Notes under the pieces: model-generated
Told to the model about the DNA's origin: nothing
Seen by the model: the letters and a program-made list of their open reading frames with translations, nothing else
The model's database searches: none
Part shown: positions 58,944 through 64,000 of the stretch, one piece after another
Layout of the letters: every line of letters starts with the position of its first letter
How positions within the stretch are numbered: the first letter of the stretch is position 1
NCBI GenBank assembly: GCA_944384375.1
Contig: CALWTE010000015.1
Span: forward strand, 2,237 to 66,236
Direction: 5' to 3'
Length of the DNA stretch: 64,000 nucleotides
DNA from: an uncultured Clostridia bacterium
GTDB lineage: Bacteria; Bacillota; Clostridia; Christensenellales; UBA1242
Translations under genes and position numbers: made by a program

Positions 58944-60958
58944 TTGGTAACCCAAATGCAGGCAAATCTACCATTTTTAATAAATTAACTAAAGGCAATG
59001 CGCACACAGGGAACTGGCATGGAGTAACGGTAACAGGCGAGAGCAAATACGTAAAATTTAAAGATAGGGAATATTTATTCGTAGATTTGCCAGGAATTAA
59101 TGGATTGGTGCCTTTTTCACCAGAAGAAAAAGTTTCCACTCAAGCAATTATTAACAACCCGAATGCTGTTTTTGTGAATGTGATTGATATCAATAATTTA
59201 GCGCGCTCGCTCAATTTAACATTGCAGTTGTTAGAACTAAATCTAAAAGTAGTGGTGCTGTTTAATTTCGCTGAAACTATAAAAAAACAAAAAATATCAA
59301 TAAATAAAGAAAAATTTAAAAAAATACTCAAAATTAATGCAGAATTTGTGTATTTAAGAGATAAAAATTTAAAAAATAAAATTTTTGATTTAGTTGATAG
59401 GGCGCAATTTTCCAGTGTTGATTATGCTAATAAATTGATATTTAATAATGATAATTTGAGTAAATATGAAATCATTTTAGCTAGACAAAATTTAAGCGAA
59501 AATAATGCTTTAAATAAAAAATATAGTCTCAATTTTGGTTTAGATAAAATAAACGAAATTAGGCAAAATTTTATATCGCAAATTATAAAAAATAGTGAAT
59601 ATTCTACAAAAAATAAAGAATATGGCGCAAACAAACTAGATAAAATATTATTAAACAAATTTACAGCTATCCCGCTGTTTTTTGCGGTTATGTTGCTTAT
59701 TTTTGCAGTTACCTTCGGTAAAATTGGCGATTTTTTAAGTAATGGAGTTAGTCTTTTTGTTGAATTTTGTGGTGATGGTTTAATAAAATTATTAAATATT
59801 TTACATGCCCCAAAATTTATTTTAGATTTTTTTGATGTGGCAATTATAGGTGGGCTAGGGAGCATATTAAGTTTTTTACCGCAAGTACTGCTATTATTTT
59901 TGGCATTAGATATTTTAGAGCAAGTAGGTTTTCTCAGCCGTATTGCGTGGTTATTAGACCCAGTTTTAAGCAAACTAGGTTTAAGTGGCAAAAGCATATT
60001 TCCATTGCTTATGGGATTCGGGTGTACGACCACAGCATTACCTACAACTACCGCACTGCAAAATAAACAAGTCCGTACAAAAACGGCGCTAATTTTACCC
60101 TTTATGTCTTGTAGTGCAAAATTACCCGTGTTCAGTGCAATAAGCGGTGCATTTTTTGGTAACGGAAATATTTTTGTAATTTTTGGTTTGTATTTATTAG
60201 GTATTTTTTTAGCATTTATTTTGGCATTTATAACTCAAAAAATTTTACCTACAAAATTTAATGACGATATATTAGAATTTACTCCGTTACGACTACCTAG
60301 ATTAAGTGTGTTACTAAAAAATTATTTTAACAAAATAATGCAATTTATCAATAAAATTTGGTCAATTATATTAATTTTTACAATAATTATATGGTTTTTA
60401 GATAATTTTACTATAAAATTTGAATTTATTACGACAGAAAATCAAACAAGCATTTTGCAAAATGTCGCTACGTTTTTGACGCCGATTTTTGCGCCACTCG
60501 GCTTTGATTGGGGTGCAGTTGTTGCCTTGCTAGTGGGAATTGTGGCAAAGGAAATGGTGTTATCTAGCATCGCCGTTTTAAATGGAGTCACTAAAGCAAA
60601 TGTTGCAAATTCTCTGTTAGATATAAATTCGGTAGTGCATTTTTCCACAGCTTCAAGCCTAGCATTTTTGGTATTTTGTCTAATTTATACGCCTTGCATT
60701 AGTGCTTTGGCGCAATTAAAAAATTTAGTACCGAAAAAGACTTTTTGGCTATTTTTAATAATACAACTTGCACTTGCTTATTTTGTTAGTTTAGTTGTGT
60801 ATATAATTACAGGAATTATAACGGGGGTAAGTTTTTCAATTGCTGTTTGGGCATTAGCACTTGCATTTGTTATCGCTATTTGCGTGTTTTTCGCTTTGAA
60901 ACATTTCTTTCTTAATAAAAAAGGTTGCGTAGGTTGTAATTTTTGCAATAAGTCCTAA
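58925..60958 (+). CDS. feoB: Ferrous iron transport protein B
   Basis: G1 GNPNAGKST, G2 GNWHGVT, G3 DLPG, FLPQ, MGFGCTT, PFMSCSAKLP, AKEMV, LIYTPCIS. Confidence 0.95.
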   Translation: MQRIYLVGNPNAGKSTIFNKLTKGNAHTGNWHGVTVTGESKYVKFKDREYLFVDLPGINGLVPFSPEEKVSTQAIINNPNAVFVNVIDINNLARSLNLTLQLLELNLKVVVLFNFAETIKKQKISINKEKFKKILKINAEFVYLRDKNLKNKIFDLVDRAQFSSVDYANKLIFNNDNLSKYEIILARQNLSENNALNKKYSLNFGLDKINEIRQNFISQIIKNSEYSTKNKEYGANKLDKILLNKFTAIPLFFAVMLLIFAVTFGKIGDFLSNGVSLFVEFCGDGLIKLLNILHAPKFILDFFDVAIIGGLGSILSFLPQVLLLFLALDILEQVGFLSRIAWLLDPVLSKLGLSGKSIFPLLMGFGCTTTALPTTTALQNKQVRTKTALILPFMSCSAKLPVFSAISGAFFGNGNIFVIFGLYLLGIFLAFILAFITQKILPTKFNDDILEFTPLRLPRLSVLLKNYFNKIMQFINKIWSIILIFTIIIWFLDNFTIKFEFITTENQTSILQNVATFLTPIFAPLGFDWGAVVALLVGIVAKEMVLSSIAVLNGVTKANVANSLLDINSVVHFSTASSLAFLVFCLIYTPCISALAQLKNLVPKKTFWLFLIIQLALAYFVSLVVYIITGIITGVSFSIAVWALALAFVIAICVFFALKHFFLNKKGCVGCNFCNKS

Positions 60959-61023
60959 AAAATATTGTAAATTTTGTTAATTTGTGTTACACTATCTCTT
61001 AGAATAATTTTAGGAGTAGGGAA

Positions 61024-62349
61024 ATGAGTAAACCTATTGTTGCGGTCGTAGGCAGGCCGAATGTAGGCAAGTCAAGTTTTTTTAATAGATTGGCGGGTAG
61101 GCGCATTAGCATTGTTGAAGACGTGCCAGGTGTTACTCGTGATAGATTGTATACCGATGTTGACTGGGCGGGGTATGCTTTTACAATTATTGACACAGGC
61201 GGAATTACGCCAGATAAAAACGACGAATGGCAAGAATATATTTTAAAACAAGCACAATTGGCAATTGATGTCGCTGACGTGGTTTTAATGATGGTTGACG
61301 GCAGAGACGGTGTTACTCAAAGTGATATGCACGTAGCGCAAATGTTACGCAGAAGTGGCAAACCTGTTGTTTTGGCGGTTAATAAAATGGAGAATCTAGA
61401 CTCGCAAGACGTAATGGAGTTTTATGAGTTAGGTTTGGGGCAGCCATTCCCTATAAGTTGTACGCACGGCACAGGGGTAGGCGACTTGCTAGATGAAATA
61501 GTCAAGCTTTTCAAAGTCAAAATTGATGCGAGTCTTGATGACGAAAAGATAAAAATCGCTATTGTTGGCCGTCCAAATGCGGGTAAAAGCAGTATTACAA
61601 ATAGGTTGTTAGGGGAAGAACGCGTGGTTGTTAGCGACGTGGCAGGCACAACCCGTGATGCTGTGGATATTCCTTTTAGATATAATAATAAGGACTATAT
61701 TATTATTGATACGGCGGGAATTAGGCGTAAAAACCGCATAGATTATGAGTCTATTGAAGGTTTTAGTGTGATGCGTAGTTTGGCGGCGATTAGGCGAGCT
61801 GACGTCGTGATTTATGTACTTGATGCCAGTGATGAAATAACTGAGCAAGACGTAAGGGTATTGGGTTATGTGCACGAGCAGGGCAAACCTTCCGTAATTT
61901 TGTATAACAAGTGGGATTTAGTGGAAAAAGATTCTCAAACGGTTAATTTGTACAAAGATAAACTAAAAAACAGCCTTAAATTTATGGATTATTTTGTGGT
62001 TGAGTATATTTCGGCTAAAACTGGTACGCGCTTCGGTAGAATTATGGAAAGAGTGGAGTATGTTTACGACAATGCAGGCACTCGCGTCACAACGGGGTTG
62101 TTAAATGAAATATTGCAAGATGCTTTAAGCACTAGTGAACCCCCAACTCACAACGGCAAACGTTTGAAGGTAAATTATATTACGCAAGTGGGTATTAGAC
62201 CGCCGAGTTTTGCAATATTTGTAAATAATCCAGACTTGATGCATTTTAGTTATTTAAGGTATTTGGAAAACTGTTTGCGTAGGGCGAAAAATTTTGAAGG
62301 CACACCGATTAGACTTTATGTACGTAAAAAAAGTAAAGACAAGGAGTAG
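61024..62349 (+). CDS. der: Ribosome biogenesis GTPase Der (EngA)
   Basis: Two GTPase domains (GRPNVGKSS / GRPNAGKSS, DTGG / DTAG, NKME / NKWD), KH-like C-terminus. Confidence 0.98.
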   Translation: MSKPIVAVVGRPNVGKSSFFNRLAGRRISIVEDVPGVTRDRLYTDVDWAGYAFTIIDTGGITPDKNDEWQEYILKQAQLAIDVADVVLMMVDGRDGVTQSDMHVAQMLRRSGKPVVLAVNKMENLDSQDVMEFYELGLGQPFPISCTHGTGVGDLLDEIVKLFKVKIDASLDDEKIKIAIVGRPNAGKSSITNRLLGEERVVVSDVAGTTRDAVDIPFRYNNKDYIIIDTAGIRRKNRIDYESIEGFSVMRSLAAIRRADVVIYVLDASDEITEQDVRVLGYVHEQGKPSVILYNKWDLVEKDSQTVNLYKDKLKNSLKFMDYFVVEYISAKTGTRFGRIMERVEYVYDNAGTRVTTGLLNEILQDALSTSEPPTHNGKRLKVNYITQVGIRPPSFAIFVNNPDLMHFSYLRYLENCLRRAKNFEGTPIRLYVRKKSKDKE

Positions 62350-62352
62350 CAT

Positions 62353-63144
62353 ATGAATTATTGGCTATTAGCAATTTTATGTGTAGTCAGTTATTTTATA
62401 GGGAATATCAACTTTGGTAAAATAATAGCACGTTCTAAAAATGTAGATTTATCAAAAAAAGGCTCGGGAAATCTCGGTGCAACGAATATGTACCGTAATC
62501 TCGGCGCAAAGTTAGGATATTTAACCCTATTACTAGATGCGATTAAAGGTATTGCAACCGCACTAACAGGATATTTAGTATTTGGTGGCGGAGAAGTTTA
62601 TCCTGACGGCTTAATCGGTCTATACGCCTGCGGGCTTTCAGCAGTCGTAGGGCACATTTTCCCTGTTATTTACAAATTCAAAGGCGGGAAAGGAATATCC
62701 ACGACCTTAGGTGTATTCTTAGTTGCACAACCTATTGTAACTATCGTAACTTTTGTGCTTTGTTTCATTTTGGTGTGGTTTGTAAAATATGTTTCGCTTG
62801 CATCACTAATTCTTGTAACCGTATCTGTCGTATGGCAAAATATTTTCCTGCCAGAGCCAAATCTAACAATTACTTTACTAACCTTTGCAATATTTGCTCT
62901 GACGTGGTTTGCGCATCGCTCAAATATAGAAAGACTATTACAAGGGAAGGAACGCGAAACTAACATTCAAGCAAAATTAAAACGCGATAAAAAACGGCGA
63001 GAAAAGTATGAGTTAAAGCAAGAAAAGGCTCAAGAAAAAGCACAAGAAAAAAGTGAACAAAAACAAGAAAAACAAGAGCAAAAAGAAGAAAGAAAATTAG
63101 AAAAAAATCAAGAAAAAATCCCACAAAAAATAATGAAAAATTGA
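62353..63144 (+). CDS. plsY: Glycerol-3-phosphate 1-O-acyltransferase with a charged C-terminal tail
   Basis: GSGNLGATN, LDAIKG, GHIFP..KFKGGKGIST, HRSNIERL. Confidence 0.96.
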   Translation: MNYWLLAILCVVSYFIGNINFGKIIARSKNVDLSKKGSGNLGATNMYRNLGAKLGYLTLLLDAIKGIATALTGYLVFGGGEVYPDGLIGLYACGLSAVVGHIFPVIYKFKGGKGISTTLGVFLVAQPIVTIVTFVLCFILVWFVKYVSLASLILVTVSVVWQNIFLPEPNLTITLLTFAIFALTWFAHRSNIERLLQGKERETNIQAKLKRDKKRREKYELKQEKAQEKAQEKSEQKQEKQEQKEERKLEKNQEKIPQKIMKN

Positions 63145-63326
63145 CTTTTTTATTATAAAATTAAAAATTTTAGATATTTATATATTAAAAATACTATGTT
63201 ACGAACAGATTTAGTTATTTAAAAAGCAAAATTATTGTGTGAAATAACAAAATTATTGTTTATATAAGTTGTATTGAAAGGGGGGTAAAGGATATTAAAT
63301 TTAATTTTAAATTTATTAATATAAAA

Positions 63327-63650
63327 TTATTTTTTTGTGGATAAACAGTCTATATAACCGATAATTTTTTGTTTTTCTGTATCATTTAATTTATTCAGTG
63401 AATCTAAAATAACTTTATCATTTATGTTATTTGAATTAAAATAAAATTTTGTATAAACTTCACGACCGCATAGATAATCAAGAGAAACTCCAAAAAAATC
63501 TGCAATTTTTATTAAAACGTCAGTTGGTGGCTCTCTATTGCCTTTTTCATAGTTACTATATGTTATGTGATTAAGACCTATTTTTTTAGCAAGTTCTTGT
63601 TGCGTGAGTTTTTCGTTTTTTCTTAATTCTTTTAATCTAAAATTTGCCAT
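63327..63650 (-). CDS. XRE-family helix-turn-helix transcriptional regulator
   Basis: RLKELRKNEKLTQQELAKKIGLNHITYSNYEKGNREP...IADFFGVSLDYL. Confidence 0.93.
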   Translation of the reverse strand: MANFRLKELRKNEKLTQQELAKKIGLNHITYSNYEKGNREPPTDVLIKIADFFGVSLDYLCGREVYTKFYFNSNNINDKVILDSLNKLNDTEKQKIIGYIDCLSTKK

Positions 63651-63722
63651 AATAAAACCTCTATAACGAGATTATGCAAAAAAACTATTTTTATCAAATT
63701 GTTAATAAATTTTATTAATAAA

Positions 63723-63775
63723 TATTCAAAATGAATAATTTTTTATTTGACAAAACCATTCAAAATGAATAAAAT
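63723..63775 (+). promoter_or_regulatory. Promoter with two identical palindromic operators
   Basis: TTGACA (63747)-17 nt-TAAAAT (63770); ATTCAAAATGAAT at 63724-63736 and 63758-63770. Confidence 0.75.
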
Positions 63776-63872
63776 ATTTTTATAAAATATACATTTTGTA
63801 AATAAAATAATTTACAACTAAATTATTTTTTATAAGACCTTATAGAATCATAATAAAAACAGGAGATAATAA

Positions 63873-64000
63873 ATGATTAAAAAAATTAAATTAATATGCA
63901 TTTTGCTGACAATGTTGATTGGTTTAATAGTTGTAAGTACTAGTGTTACATATTTAGTGATTAAACATTTTAATAGCGGTGTTGCAGTTACAAGCTCTGA
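63873..64000 (+). CDS. Secreted or membrane-anchored protein, 5' part only
   Basis: RBS AGGAG; MIKKIKLICILLTMLIGLIVVSTSVTYLVIKHFNSGVAVTSS..., open to the window end. Confidence 0.7.
   Translation, partial: MIKKIKLICILLTMLIGLIVVSTSVTYLVIKHFNSGVAVTSS

Noticed and set aside
1190-62966. Numerous 60-200 aa ORFs antisense to or overlapping well-supported genes (e.g. 3449-3811, 15640-16041, 19288-19632, 33071-33643, 51246-51662, 59422-60033)
   Set aside because: Shadow ORFs of strand-biased coding sequence; no RBS, no motifs

Overview
AT-rich chromosomal window from a low-GC Bacillota-type (Clostridia-like, probably uncultured) bacterium; the taxonomy is an inference from gene content and synteny. 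Most of it is housekeeping DNA on the + strand: sepF-lspA-RluA-family, tig-clpP-clpX, tadA-glmU-like-pth-mfd-PPIase lipoprotein, tmk-holB-ricT-rsmI, ndk, glyQS, degV, helD-nrdR, feoAB-der-plsY, plus gltX, argS, tRNA-Gly(TCC) and a YhaN/YhaO-like SMC-nuclease pair on the - strand. Single ORFans, lipoproteins and decayed genes are scattered between these blocks. No intact transposase, integrase, prophage or CRISPR-Cas locus is visible. The most unusual element is a 450-bp non-coding array at 7604-8052. It holds 17 GTACAA-based palindromic boxes arranged as inverted A/B pairs around variable 14-16 nt spacers whose ends co-vary to keep base pairing, with a 51-53 bp period, between a lipoprotein operon and a hypothetical-radC operon. 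Other points of interest: a possible -1 frameshift site extending an LRR-like repeat protein, long disordered C-terminal tails on core enzymes (an H1-like tail on trigger factor), an archaeal-looking ArgRS, a degenerate GlmU, a dispersed TGCATA(A/G)TAC motif family, a CMD/flavodoxin deletion scar and an XRE repressor with twin operators at the window end. All family assignments are from motif recognition by eye; no database searches were run.
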